Assembly: GCA_963723395.1 (NCBI GenBank)
Contig: CAVRQL010000021.1
Coordinates: forward strand, 308,206-372,205
Direction: 5' to 3'
Source of the DNA: an uncultured Solirubrobacteraceae bacterium
GTDB taxonomy: Bacteria; Actinomycetota; Thermoleophilia; Solirubrobacterales; Solirubrobacteraceae
DNA: 64,000 bases
Shown here: piece by piece, positions 31,404-42,050 of the stretch
Position numbering within the stretch: the first letter of the stretch is position 1
Layout of the letters: every line of letters starts with the position of its first letter
Program-made: the position numbers and the translations under genes
The notes under the pieces: generated by a model
Told to the model about the DNA's origin: nothing
What the model saw: the letters and a program-made list of their open reading frames with translations, nothing else
Databases searched by the model: none

Positions 31404-32343
31404 ATGGCCGACATCACCCACTTCCCGCTCGTCAGGCACCTGCGCTCGGAGCCGACCTTCCACGTCCTGCGCTACCGCAAGGGCGAGCTCAAGCGCGACG
31501 GCGCCGGCCTCGCGTTCTGGTTCCGGCCCGCCAACACGGCGGTCGCCGAGGTCCCGGTCGACGACCGCGAGCTGCCGTTCCTGTTCCGCGTCCGCTCCGC
31601 CGACTTCCAGGAGCTGACGGTGCAGGGCGTGATCACGTTCCGCGTCGGCGATCCGCAGAGCCTCGCCCGCCGCGTGGACTTCACGCTCGACCTCAAGTCC
31701 GGCCGCTGGGCGCAGGCCCCGCTGGAGCAGGTCGCCGGCCTGCTCTCCCAGCTGGCCCAGCAGTTCGTGGTCGACGAGCTGGTCAAGCTCGACGTGCGCA
31801 CGATCCTGCACGGCGGCGTCGCGCCGATCCGCGACCGGATCGCGCAGGGCCTCGCGCAGGAGCCCGCGCTTCACGAGCTCGGCATCGCGCTCGTGGCGGT
31901 CCGCGTCGCCGACCTCGCGCCGACCGCCGAGCTGGAGAAGGCGCTGCGCCAGCCGACCCGCGAGGCGATCCAGCAGCGCGCCGACGAGGCCACCTTCAGC
32001 CGCCGCGCGATGGCGGTCGACAAGGAGCGCGCCATCGGGGAGAACGAGCTCGCCAACCGCATCGAGCTGACCCGTCGCGAGGAGGAGCTCGTGACCCGCA
32101 GCGCCGCCAACGACCGGCTGCGGGCGCAGGCGCGCGCCGACGAGATCGACGTCGTGGAGTCGGCCAAGCTGCGCACCGAGCGCGAGCGGGCCGAGATCCA
32201 GTCGGCGGTGCCGCCCCAGGTGCTGCTCGCCGTCGCGCTCCAGGAGCTGGCCGGCCAGCTCGGGCAGATCGACCACCTGACGATCACGCCCGACCTGCTG
32301 CAGCCGCTGCTCAGCCGCGCCAACGGGAAGGGCGCGATGAGGT
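31404..32343 (+). CDS. SPFH / band-7 domain protein
   Basis: ATG with ACAGGAGCA SD. An SPFH-like N-terminal domain and a coiled-coil region (…EKALRQPTREAIQQRADEATFSRRAMAVDKERAIGENELANRIEL…). The C-terminal boundary is uncertain because the next gene begins in another frame with no clear stop. Confidence 0.6.
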
Positions 32344-33198
32344 GGTCCCCCGCGCCGTCCTCGTGGAGCGGCCGAGCGAGTACGACGAGCTGCTCGCCCG
32401 CCACGCCACCCACGACCAGGTCCGGTTCTTCCTCGAGCGCCGCGAGCGGTCGCTCGAGGAGGTGCTGGAGCGCCACGCCGCCCACGGGCGCGACCACCGC
32501 ACGGTCCTCGGCGCCGTCCCGCCCGAGTGGCGGACGGCGACCGTGGCGCGCGCGGAGCTGGACCGCTTCCTGTTCGAGCCCGACGACGTCGTGCTGACCC
32601 TCGGCCAGGACGGGCTCGTCGCCAACGTCTCCAAGTACCTCGACGGCCAGCCGGTGATCGGCGTCAACCCGGGCGGCGTGGTCGCCCGGCACGCGGCCGC
32701 CGCGGTGGGCGACCTGATCGCCGACCTCGCCCGCGGGCGCGCGCGAATCGAGGAGCGCACGATGGCCGAGGCGCGGCTCGACGACGGCCAGGTGGTGACC
32801 GCGCTCAACGAGGTCTTCGTCGGCCACGAGTCGCACCAGTCGGCGCGCTACACGATCGAGGTCGCCGGCTGCGCGGAGCACCAGTCCAGCTCGGGGCTGA
32901 TCGTGAGCACCGGCACCGGCGCGACCGGCTGGGCGGCGAGCATCAACCGCACCTACGGGCTCGAGCTCCCCGCGCCCACCGATCCGCGGCTCGCGTTCTT
33001 CGTCCGCGAGGCGTGGCCGAGCGCCGCCACCCGCACCTCGATCACGAGCGGCGTGATCGAGGCGCGTCGCGAGTCACGTGCGAGCTGGGGGAGGGCGGCG
33101 TCGTGTTCGGCGACGGCATCGAGGCCGACCGCGTGAGCGTCGACTGGGGCCAGCGGATCGAGGTCGGCGCCTCGGCGAGGCGCCTGCGTCTGGTCGCA
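32341..33198 (+). CDS. ATP-NAD kinase (NadK/PpnK-like) family protein; frameshift near 33070
   Basis: VVLTLGQDGLV...PVIGVNPGGV matches the GGDGT...GxNxG region of NadK. SSGLIVSTGTGATGWAASINR matches the NadK C-terminal DGxxxSTPTGSTAYSxSAGGP block. Confidence 0.6.
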
Positions 33199-33208
33199 AT
33201 GACCGCAT

Positions 33209-34627
33209 GTGCGCTACGTCCTGTTCCCGGGTCGCCACCACCTGCTGACCCGCTTCCAGGCGGAGTACCTCGAGCACGTGGCCGACGGCGCGAAGATCGT
33301 GTTCGCGGTCACCAGCGCCGACCACGGCAACACGCGGCGCAACCCGGTCCCCGGGCACCGGCGCGAGGCGCAGATCGAGCGCCTCGCCGCCCAGACCGGA
33401 CTCGACTGCCTGGTGTTCCCGATCCCCGACGTGCCCGCCACGGAGCGCTTCGCGGAGTACATGCTGGCCGCGATCGCCGCGCAGGACGGCGGCCCGGAGC
33501 TGACGCCGGAGAACACCGTCCTCGCCTGCTCGACGCCCGCGGTGATCGAGCTGTTCGCCGAGCTCGGCTTCGAGAACCTGCCGGTGGAGCTCGAGACCGG
33601 CGTGCGGCGCCCGTGGGACGTCCTGCAGGCGCTCGTCGCCGGGGAGCCCGCCGAGGACGTGCACCCGGCCTCCAAGCAGGTCTACGACCGCTACGGGCTG
33701 CTCTCCCAGATCCGCCGCGTGCACGCCGACCCGCTGCTCTCCGACGAGGGCGAGCTGACCGAGACGCGCGACTACAACACCTACGCGCGCGCCTTCGACA
33801 CCGGCGCCGCGCGCAAGTGGGAGCAGCTGCGCGACCACGTCCGGCCCGGCCGGATCGTCGACGTCGGCTGCGGCGTCGGCTCGCTGCTGGTCGAGATCGC
33901 CGCCGACCCTGGCTTCGCCGAGTCCGACCTGTACGGGATCGAGGCCGCCCGGCCGCTGCACGACGAGTGCGTGCACCGCCGCTCCCAGGGGGCCTTCCAA
34001 GCGAACCCGAACACGTTCTTCTTCCAGCGCACGATCGGCCAGGGGCCGCTGTTCGAGCCGGCGAGCGTCGACACGACGCTGACCGTGGCGCTGTGCCACG
34101 AGCTGTACTCCTACCTCGGCGTCGACACGCTGCGGCGCTTCATGCGCGACACGCGCGAGCACACCGTGCCCGGCGGCGTGTGGATCGACCTCGACGTGTG
34201 CGGTCCCGCCGACGGCGACCGCGTGGTCTGGATGGAGCTGCACGACGGCCGCGAGAGCTGGGAGCGCTTCGTCGCCGACTGGCGCCCGGAGCGGGTCGAA
34301 TACGAACTCCGCGACGGCCGCTTCGTGGAGACGCGGCTGCGCTGGGCGATGGAGTGGCTGTCCAAGAAGGACTACACGGACAACTGGGAGTCCGAGATGC
34401 ACGAGGCGTTCTGCTTCTGGGGCGCCGAGGACTACGAGCGCGAGGCGCGCGCGGCCGGCTTCGAGCTCGCCCCCGGCTCCGGCGGCTTCACCAACGAGTG
34501 GCTCGTCGAGCACCGCTTCGCCCCCGTGGCGACGCTGCGCCCGGCCGGGGAGCCCGACGGTGTGCTGCCGTGGCCCGACACGCACCTGCGGCTGGTGGCC
34601 CGGCGGCCTGTCACCCTTCCTTCATGA
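33209..34627 (+). CDS. NadM-like (archaeal-type NMN adenylyltransferase fold) nucleotidyltransferase fused to class I SAM-dependent methyltransferase
   Basis: N-terminal IVFAVTSADHGNTRRNPVPGHRRE...LVFPIPDV parallels NadM [23 protein letters not shown]...YPIPI, while the HxGH-region is divergent (FPGRHHLLTRFQ). C-terminal half has MTase motif I IVDVGCGVGSLLVEIA. Confidence 0.55.
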   Translation: MRYVLFPGRHHLLTRFQAEYLEHVADGAKIVFAVTSADHGNTRRNPVPGHRREAQIERLAAQTGLDCLVFPIPDVPATERFAEYMLAAIAAQDGGPELTPENTVLACSTPAVIELFAELGFENLPVELETGVRRPWDVLQALVAGEPAEDVHPASKQVYDRYGLLSQIRRVHADPLLSDEGELTETRDYNTYARAFDTGAARKWEQLRDHVRPGRIVDVGCGVGSLLVEIAADPGFAESDLYGIEAARPLHDECVHRRSQGAFQANPNTFFFQRTIGQGPLFEPASVDTTLTVALCHELYSYLGVDTLRRFMRDTREHTVPGGVWIDLDVCGPADGDRVVWMELHDGRESWERFVADWRPERVEYELRDGRFVETRLRWAMEWLSKKDYTDNWESEMHEAFCFWGAEDYEREARAAGFELAPGSGGFTNEWLVEHRFAPVATLRPAGEPDGVLPWPDTHLRLVARRPVTLPS

Positions 34628-35072
34628 GCTTCCAGCCGGCGCCGATGCGGGCGTCCGATGCGGATCGCGAGCGGGCGGCGGACCTGCTGCGCGAGCACCT
34701 CATGGCGGGCAGGCTGGACAGCACGGAGTTCGACGAGCGCTGCTCGGAGGTGTGGGCGGCGCGCACGGACCAGGAGCTCTCCCTCGCGCTGCGCGAGCTC
34801 CCGGCGCCGCCCGCTGCCGCCGGCGCCCGACACGTCGGCGGCGACGACCTCGCTGATCCTCGGCCTGGTCGGCCTCACGCTGATCGTCTTCAGCGTCGGG
34901 TTCCTGTCGCTGCTCACGCTGCCGATCTCGGCCACCGCGCTGGTGATGGGACGCAGGGCGCACCGGCGAGGGCTCGGCCCGGCCGGCCAAGGCCGGGATG
35001 TGGCTGGGCGTGACGGGCACCGCGCTCAGCGTGCTCGCCCTCAGCGGGTTGGCTGCCCTGTTCTACCTCTAG
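34624..35072 (+). CDS. DUF1707 (N-terminal) plus DUF4190-like TM hairpin protein; two frameshifts (about 34810 and about 34980)
   Basis: SDADRERAADLLREHLMAGRLDSTEFDERCSEVWAARTDQEL is DUF1707. LILGLVGLTLIVFSVGFLSLLTLPISATALVMG follows in the +1 frame, and GMWLGVTGTALSVLALSGLAALFYL* in the next frame. Confidence 0.5.
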
Positions 35073-35083
35073 AGTTGGCGCGG

Positions 35084-36467
35084 ATGGCCACCACCGAGCG
35101 CCAATCCGACATCAAGGACTCGATCCTCGACACCGTCGGGGACACGCCGCTGATCCGCCTCTCGCGGATCGCGCGCGGGGCTGAAGCCGCAGGTCGTGGC
35201 GAAGGTCGAGTACTTCAACCCCGGCGGCTCGATCAAGGACCGCGTCGCGATGCGCCTCGTCGAGGCCGCGGAGCGCGACGGGCGCCTGAAGCCCGGCGGG
35301 ACGATCATCGAGCCGACCTCGGGCAACACCGGCACCGGCCTGGCGATCGCGGCGCGCATCAAGGGCTACCGCGTGATCGCGGTGATGCCGGACAAGATGT
35401 CGCGCGAGAAGATCGACCTGCTGCGCGCCTACGGCGCCGAGGTCGTGGTGACGCCGACCGACGTCGACCCCGACTCGCCGCAGAGCTACTACCGGACGGC
35501 CGACCGCCTCACGCGCGAGATCCCCGGGGCCTTCCAGCCCAACCAGTACGCGAACCCCGCCAACCCGGAGACGCACTACCTCACCACCGGGCCGGAGCTG
35601 TGGAGCCAGAGCGGCGGCAAGGTCACGCACCTGGTCGTCGGCGTCGGCACCGGCGGGACGATCACCGGGATGGCCCGCTACCTGCGCGAGCAGAACCCGA
35701 AGATCGAGGTGATCGGCGCCGATCCCGTCGGCTCGATCTACTCCAACGACGAGGTCCACCCGTACCTCGTCGAGGGCGTGGGCGAGGACTTCTGGCCGAA
35801 GACCTACGACCCGTCGGTGGTCGACCGCTACGTGACGATCTCCGACCGCGACGCGTTCCTGACCACCCGTCGGCTGGCCGAGACCGAGGGGCTGCTCGTC
35901 GGCGGCTCCTGCGGGCTCGCGGTGGCCGCGGCGCTGGAGGTCGCGCGCGGGATCGACGACCCCGAGGCGATGGTCGCGGTCGTGCTCCCCGACGGCGGGC
36001 GCGGCTACCTGAGCAAGATCTTCAACGACGACTGGATGGACCAGTACGGGTTCCTCGAGCGCACGGGCGAGCGCCACGTCGGCGACGTGCTGCGCGCGAA
36101 GACGGCGGCCGGCGAGATCCCGCCGTTCGTGGTCGTCGAGACGCACCAGACGGTCCGCGACGCGATCACGCTGCTGCACGAGCACCGCGTCTCGCAGCTG
36201 CCGGTGGTCGACGGCTCGGGCTCGGTGGTCGGCTCGGTCGGCGAGCGCGGGCTGCTCAAGCGCGCGATCGACAACCCGCACCTGATGGGCACCGCGATCG
36301 CCGACGTGATGGAGGCGCCGTTCCCCAGCGTGGGCAACACGGATCCCGTGCGCGAGGCGGTCGAGCTGCTCTCGGGCGAGGGCAGCCAGGCGGTGACGGT
36401 GTCCGAGGGCGAGCGCCCGGTCGGCATCGTGACCCGCGCCGACCTCCTGGAGTCGCTGATCTCGTGA
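35084..36467 (+). CDS. Cystathionine beta-synthase (PLP domain plus tandem CBS domains); single-base insertion in GGGG run near 35178
   Basis: MATTERQSDIKDSILDTVGDTPLIRLSRIARG lies one frame away from KPQVVAKVEYFNPGGSIKDRVA...TSGNTGTGLA...; C-terminal CBS pair (…VRDAITLLHEHRVSQLPVVD…, …VGIVTRADLLESLIS). Confidence 0.8.
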
Positions 36468-37540
36468 CGCGCTTCGGCACCCGCGTGGTGCACGCCGGGC
36501 TCGACCCCGATCCTTCGTTCGGGGGCGTCGTGCCCGCCATCCACCAGGCCTCCACCTACGTGCAGAAGGCGCCGGGCGACTTCGTCGGCGACTACGACTA
36601 CTCGCGCTCGGCCAACCCGACGCGGACGCAGCTCGAGAAGGCGCTCGGCGAGCTGGAGGGCGGCCGCGGCACGGCGTTCTCCTCCGGCATGGCCGCCACG
36701 CACGCGCTGCTCACCGCGGTGGCGAGCGCGGGCTCGCACGTGATCATCCCCAGCGACCTGTACGGCGGCACCTTCCGCCTGGTCGACAAGGTGCTCTCGC
36801 ACTGGGGGCTGGAGTACACGATGGTCGACCAGTCCGACCTCGACGCCGTCGAGGCCGCCGTGCGGCCCGAGACGAAGCTGATCTGGGTCGAGACGCCGAC
36901 CAACCCGTCGCTGAACGTGGTCGACGTGGAGGGGATCGTCGCCCGCAAGCGCGACGCGTTCGTCGCCGTCGACAACACCTTCGCCACGCCGGTCTACCAG
37001 CGCCCGCTGGAGCTCGGGGCCGACGCCGTCGTGCACTCGACGACCAAGTACCTGGGCGGGCACTCCGACACGGTCGGCGGCGCGGTCGTGGTGCGCGACA
37101 ACCGCGCGCACGAGAGCGTCAAGTTCGTCCAGAACTCGGTCGGCGCCGTGCCGGGGCCCTTCGACTGCTTCCTCGTGCACCGCGGGCTGCGCACGCTGCA
37201 CCTGCGGATGGCCGCGCACACGGAGAACGCCCGCGCGGTCAGCGAGTGGCTGGCCGGCGTGCCCGAGGTCAGCGACGTCCGCTGGCCGGGCTTCGCGGGC
37301 ATGGTGGCCTTCCGCCATCCCGAGGCGGTCCGGATCGTCGGCGCGACCAAGGTGTTCGCGCTCGCCGAGTCGCTCGGCGGCGTCGAGTCGCTGGTCGAGG
37401 TGCCGCAGGCGATGACGCACCAGTCGGTCGAGGACTCCGACGCCGCGGTCCCCGCCGATCTCGTGCGGCTGTCGTGCGGGATCGAGGAGGCGGCCGACCT
37501 GGTCGAGGACCTCGCCCAGGCGATGGCGTCAAGCCGCCGC
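36464..37540 (+). CDS. Cystathionine gamma-lyase/gamma-synthase family PLP enzyme (MetB/MetC/Cgl)
   Basis: GTGA overlap with the CBS stop. VHAGLDPDP...AIHQASTYVQ...HSTTKYLGGHSDTVGGAVVV carries the PLP-lysine block. The stop is unclear (probably a frameshift near 37520; a TAA appears in the +1 frame at about 37538). Confidence 0.8.
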
Positions 37541-37566
37541 GTAACCCGCCGATCCCTCGGGGAGAT

Positions 37567-38185
37567 GTTCCGTCTCCCGCTGCTCGCGTTCGCCCTTGCC
37601 CTGATCGCCGCCGTGCCCGCCGGCGCGATGGTCAAGCTCCCGCCCGTCCTCCCCGCCGTCGCCCACAACCCGGCCGACCGGATGCTCGGCGTCCCGATCG
37701 AGGACTCGGTCTACGACCCGGCCACCAAGTGCACGCCGAAGGCGCCCCGCCCGGGCGTCGCCGCCATGACGCGCTGGCTGCAGGCCAACACCCGCGGCGT
37801 GTTCTGGGGTTCGTACCGGTGCGAGAAGTGGGGCAAGCACGAGGCCTCGCTGCACGCCGAGAACCGCGCCATCGACTGGCACTTGGACGTCTTCGACCGC
37901 GCCGACAAGCGCGCCGCCGAGAAGCTGATCCGGCTGCTGCTCGCGCCCGACGCGGCCGGCAACCCGCAGGCGCTCGCGCGCCGCATGGGCGTCGAGGAGC
38001 TGATCTGGGACTGCGGGTACTGGGGCGCCGGGATGACCGGGTTCAACCCGTACAGCCCTTGTTACAAGCGCGGCAAGCTGCGCAAGAAGGTCAACCCGAC
38101 GATCGGGCACCGCGACCACATCCACATCGGCCTGACCAAGGACGCGGCCAGGGCCCGGACCTCCTTCTGGAGCAGGCACCGGTGA
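37567..38185 (+). CDS. Secreted peptidase M15-like (VanY-fold) protein, paralogue of 11165..12022
   Basis: Signal peptide MFRLPLLAFALALIAAVPAGA. M15 motifs SLHAENRAIDWHLD and HRDHIHIG. Confidence 0.55.
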
Positions 38186-38205
38186 TCTCGGGGCATACTC
38201 GCTGG

Positions 38206-38937
38206 ATGCGCCGCAGCGTGATCCTCGTCTGCATCCTGGGCGCCGTCGCCCTCGGCGCCGGCGTGCTCGCGATCGCGGCGGCCGGCGACGACAAGCCCTC
38301 TCCCAAGGCCGTGAGCCCTTCGGCCGGCGAGTCCAAGCTCCCGCCGCTGCCCTCCAAGCTGCGCCCGCGCGTGGTGCAGCCCGAGGCCGGCGCCGCCGGC
38401 GCGGAGGAGGAGTCCGAGTCCGTCGAGGACTCCGGGCTCGGCGAGGATCCCGGCCCGGCCCCGAAGCGCGCCGCCAGCACCGGCGGGCGCAGGCTCGACG
38501 GCGTCCTCAAGGGCGCCGGCGGGGGCGTGAACAAGGCGACCGCGCTCTCCAACGGCGTCGCGCTTCCGCCCTTCGAGGCGCCCGAGGCGGTCCGCCAGAT
38601 CATCGAGGCCGGCAACTCGATCGCCCGCACGCCGTACAAGTGGGGCGGCGGCCACGGCAAGTGGCAGGACACCGGCTACGACTGCTCCGGCTCGGTCTCC
38701 TTCGCGCTCGCCGCCGCCGGGCTGCTCGAGGGTCCGCTGGCCTCCGGGCCGCTGATGTCCTGGGGCGAGGCGGGGCCCGGCAAGTGGGTCACGATCTACT
38801 CCAACCCCGGGCACGTCTACCTCGTCGTGGCGGGCATCCGCTTCGACACCTCCGGAGCCCGCCAGACGGGCTCCCGCTGGCAGAACGAGCTGCGCACCAA
38901 CGAGGGCTTCGTCGCCCGGCATCCGACCGGGCTGTAA
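38206..38937 (+). CDS. Secreted NlpC/P60 family cell-wall peptidase, paralogue of 60237..61010
   Basis: Signal/TM anchor. Catalytic block TPYKWGGGHGKWQDTGYDCSGSVSFAL and ...NPGHVYLVVAGIRFD supplies the Cys-His-His triad context. Confidence 0.75.
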   Translation: MRRSVILVCILGAVALGAGVLAIAAAGDDKPSPKAVSPSAGESKLPPLPSKLRPRVVQPEAGAAGAEEESESVEDSGLGEDPGPAPKRAASTGGRRLDGVLKGAGGGVNKATALSNGVALPPFEAPEAVRQIIEAGNSIARTPYKWGGGHGKWQDTGYDCSGSVSFALAAAGLLEGPLASGPLMSWGEAGPGKWVTIYSNPGHVYLVVAGIRFDTSGARQTGSRWQNELRTNEGFVARHPTGL

Positions 38938-39033
38938 GCCTCGCTTGGGGTGACGACCCCATGGGTCGGCCCGCGCGGGGCGCCGATGAAGGGAATAGCA
39001 AGAGAGTTCCTTCCTGAATCGACCAGCTTCCTG

Positions 39034-39291
39034 ATGTCCCGCTCCCCGCTCTTCACGCACGATCTACCTGCCGGCCCGCCGCCTGAGGTGCTGGACGAGA
39101 TCGGCGCAGCGTGGGAGCGGGCTCAGGCGCTCGTCGACTTCGACCTGCACTTCGAGATCGACGCGGCGCGGCCGCGACGTGCCTTCGGAGAGCTGCGCCG
39201 CTCGGACGGAACGCTGGAGCGCAGGCTCACGGCCACAGAGGCGCTCGCGATCGCGTGTGGCGACCCCGTGGAGCCGCTGCTCCTCGTGTAG
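39034..39291 (+). CDS. Hypothetical protein
   Basis: Coding-like ORF MSRSPLFTHDLPAGPPPEVLDEIGAAWERAQ... with no recognisable family. Confidence 0.3.
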   Translation: MSRSPLFTHDLPAGPPPEVLDEIGAAWERAQALVDFDLHFEIDAARPRRAFGELRRSDGTLERRLTATEALAIACGDPVEPLLLV

Positions 39292-39320
39292 CTCAGCCGC
39301 CACGTGGTAAACCCAACCAC

Positions 39321-40005
39321 ATGGCTCTTAAACCGAAAGACATCCTCGACACCGTCACGGGTGTTGGAAAAACCGCCGTCAACGAGGTCACGAAGCGCTT
39401 CCGGCGCGACGAGTCCGACACCGAGCTGACCGCTCCCGCCGCGACCCCGGCCACGCCGGCCCCGGCCGCGCGGACGCGGCCGTCCAAGCCGCGCGCGGCT
39501 CGTGCGGGCGGGACGAAGACCGGCCGCTCGACGTCGGGCACCACCAAGACGTCCCGCACGCGTGCCGCGTCGACGGGCACCGCCAAGGCGAAGCCCGCCG
39601 GCCGCGCCGCCGCGCCGAAGGCCGGTGACGCGGGCGCCCCGAAGTCGGCGACCGCCAAGCCGAAGCCCGCCAAGAGCGCGGCGAAGAAGCCGGCTGCTGC
39701 GAAGAAGCCCGCGGCGGCCAAGCCCACGCCGGCGAAGCCCAAGCCGCCCGAGACGGCGAGCGCCTCCACCACCGCGGCGAGCGCGTCGAAGACGCCGTCC
39801 GCGGCCAAGCCGAAGCCCGCTCGCCGCGGCGAAGCCCGCTGCGGCGGCGAAGCCCGCGCCCGCGAAGCCGGCCGCCGCGAAGCCCGCGGCAGCCCCGCCG
39901 GCGCCCGCGAAGCCCTCGCCTGCCAAGCCCGCGGCGGCCGAGAAGCCGACGGCCGAGAAGGCCGACGACGCGGCGAAGACCCCCGCGGCGACGACCAAGA
40001 GCTAG
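39321..40005 (+). CDS. Lys/Ala/Pro-rich (PAKA-repeat) histone-like low-complexity protein; frameshift near 39830
   Basis: N-terminus MALKPKDILDTVTGVGKTAVNEV, then about 190 aa of AKPAAAKKPAAAKPTPAKPKP-type repeats resembling HU/H1-like C-terminal tails of actinobacteria. Confidence 0.55.
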
Positions 40006-40049
40006 CGCGTAGCCGGGCGCGCGGACGCATCGCCCGTTAGATTCGGGCG

Positions 40050-42050
40050 ATGCGTCCCATCCCGGCCCCCCGCATCGGCGAGTCCCACGGGCTACTGCGC
40101 GCGATCAGCCAGCGCGAGCGCATCCGGCTCGACGAGTTCGTGACCGAGTTCTCGGTCGAGGACTTGTTCCCGCCCGGACTCGAGAACGCCTTCGGGCGGA
40201 CACGGCAGTTCGTCTCCTTCGCGCGGGCCGCCGGGCTCGTCAAGGAGGACCGCGGGACGGTCGAGCTGACCGAGATCGGCAAGCGCTACGTGCGCGCCGG
40301 CGACGAGGCGGACGTGTTCGCCGTCTCGGGCGCGCAGGCCGACTGGCTGCGCCGCCAGCTGCTCGAGAAGCACATGACGGACAGCATCTACCACGGCCTG
40401 GCCATCGGGCTGAGCCTGCTGTCCTCGGTGCCTCCGGCCACGCGGATCTCGATCCTGGACTTCGGACGCGCGCTGGGCTACCTCGGCCGGGCGGGCTGGG
40501 ACAACGACAACACGCTCCAGATCCAGGGCGAGCGGTACCTCGACCTGCTGCGCGACGTCGAGTTGATCGACGAGGAGCGCGGCCTGACGCGCACGGGTCA
40601 CGAGACCAAGGCCGAGCTCACGCTGCCGATCCACATGTCGCTGGGCGACCTGGCGGCGCAGCTGAACCCCGGCGGCGCCGAGGCCGTCCGCGCGGAGGGC
40701 GAGGCCGAGTGGGGCCGCGCCGAGGCCGCGCTCGCGCCCGAGGTGGCCTCCGATCCCCCGGTCGCGGGCCGTCGAGGAAGAGGAGGACGAGTGGCAGGAC
40801 GTCGGCCCGGGCGCCGCCGACCGGCCGCCCGTGCAGGCCTCGCCCGCCGAGCCGCCGCCACCGCCGCCCGCGCAGACCGCTCCGCCGGTGGCTCCCGCCC
40901 CCGCCGACGCCCGCCGCGGCGGAGGCCCCGCCGTCCCCGCCCGCCGACGTGTGGGAGACCGCCGAGCCCTACGAGACGACGAGCGCGTACGCGGCGGTCA
41001 AGCCGCCGGAGCCCGCCGCGCCACCGAGCCCGAGCCCGAACCCGAGCCGCCCGCGGGCCCCGGCTTCACCTCCGGCGATCCGCTGGCCGCGGATCCGCGC
41101 GCCCGCAGGACGCCGCGACCGTCATCTCGCAGCACACCGAGACGCCGCCGCCCGCCCCAGGCTCCGCCGCCGCCGCGGCTCCGCCGCCGGTCGCCGCCCC
41201 GCCGCCGGAGCCGCCGCGCCTCGCCGAGGCGCCGCCGCCACCGCCGCGCTCCGCCAGCGGGTTCCTCGACGTCGCCGCGATCCGCAGCGCCGCCGAGTCG
41301 CAGGGCCTGCGCCTCCCGGGGGCCGTCTACGCCAACGTCGCGGCCGCGCTCGCGGCGGGCAAGCACGTCGTGCTGATCGGCGCCGCCGGCTCGGGCAAGA
41401 CGACGCTGGCGCTCGCGATCGCGCAGGCCGCCGCGTCGTCCGGGCCGCTCGTCCGGCGCGATGCTCGTCACGGCCGCCGACGGCTGGACGCTGGGCGACA
41501 CGCTCGGCGAGGACGGCTCGCAGCCCGGCCACGTCGTCGAAGCCGCCGGGCGCGGCAAGTGGATGGTGATCGACGAGCTCGACCGCGCGCCGCTCGACCA
41601 CGCGCTCGGCGGGCTCTCCTCGTTCCTCTCCGGGCTCCCGGTGACGCTGCCGGGCGGGGAGGAGGTCAAGCGCGGCGAAGGACTGGCGGATCGTGGCCAC
41701 GGCGGCGACGTCGCTCGACGCCACCCCCGCGCTGTGGCGCCGGTTCGCGCACGTCGAGCTGCCGGCTCCTGCGGACGCCGACCTCGAGGCGGCGATCGAC
41801 GCCGCCGCCGGCGGCGACCCGGCAGCGGCGGGCGCGGCGCGCAGGCTGCTCGTGCTGCGCGAGCTGCGCACCCTCGGCGCGGGCGTGTTCGCGGACGCCG
41901 CCGCCCACGCGGCGGAGCGCAACGCGATCGAGCCGGCCGACGAGCGGACGCTGGCGCGGGAGGCCTACAACGCGTACTTCGAAGGCCTCCTGCACGGGCT
42001 CGACGACCGCGAGCAGGTCCGCCTGCGGGAGCTGCTCGGCGGGCTTGTAG
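40050..42050 (+). CDS. Winged-helix N-domain / Pro-rich linker / AAA_5 (McrB/MoxR-like) ATPase; 3 or more frameshifts
   Basis: About 230-aa N-terminal domain with two wH-like repeats; a Pro-rich linker spread over three frames; Walker A VVLIGAAGSGKTTLALAIA; Walker B KWMVIDELDRAP; sensor/arginine region RIVATAATSLDATPALWRRFAHVEL. Confidence 0.6.
   Translation: MRPIPAPRIGESHGLLRAISQRERIRLDEFVTEFSVEDLFPPGLENAFGRTRQFVSFARAAGLVKEDRGTVELTEIGKRYVRAGDEADVFAVSGAQADWLRRQLLEKHMTDSIYHGLAIGLSLLSSVPPATRISILDFGRALGYLGRAGWDNDNTLQIQGERYLDLLRDVELIDEERGLTRTGHETKAELTLPIHMSLGDLAAQLNPGGAEAVRAEGEAEWGRAEAALAPEVASDPPVAGRRGRGGRVAGRRPGRRRPAARAGLARRAAATAARADRSAGGSRPRRRPPRRRPRRPRPPTCGRPPSPTRRRARTRRSSRRSPPRHRARARTRAARGPRLHLRRSAGRGSARPQDAATVISQHTETPPPAPGSAAAAAPPPVAAPPPEPPRLAEAPPPPPRSASGFLDVAAIRSAAESQGLRLPGAVYANVAAALAAGKHVVLIGAAGSGKTTLALAIAQAAASSGPLVRRDARHGRRRLDAGRHARRGRLAARPRRRSRRARQVDGDRRARPRAARPRARRALLVPLRAPGDAAGRGGGQARRRTGGSWPRRRRRSTPPPRCGAGSRTSSCRLLRTPTSRRRSTPPPAATRQRRARRAGCSCCASCAPSARACSRTPPPTRRSATRSSRPTSGRWRGRPTTRTSKASCTGSTTASRSACGSCSAGL

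Noticed and set aside
32341-33198. Reading the SPFH and NadK-like genes as one fused protein
   Set aside because: They are in different frames with no clean junction. Given the indel density the boundary cannot be resolved, so they are reported as separate genes with uncertain ends.
39321-40005. Calling the Lys/Ala/Pro-rich protein HU/HupB
   Set aside because: The N-terminal 30 aa do not match the HU fold. Only the repeat tail is HU/H1-like, so a generic histone-like call is used.
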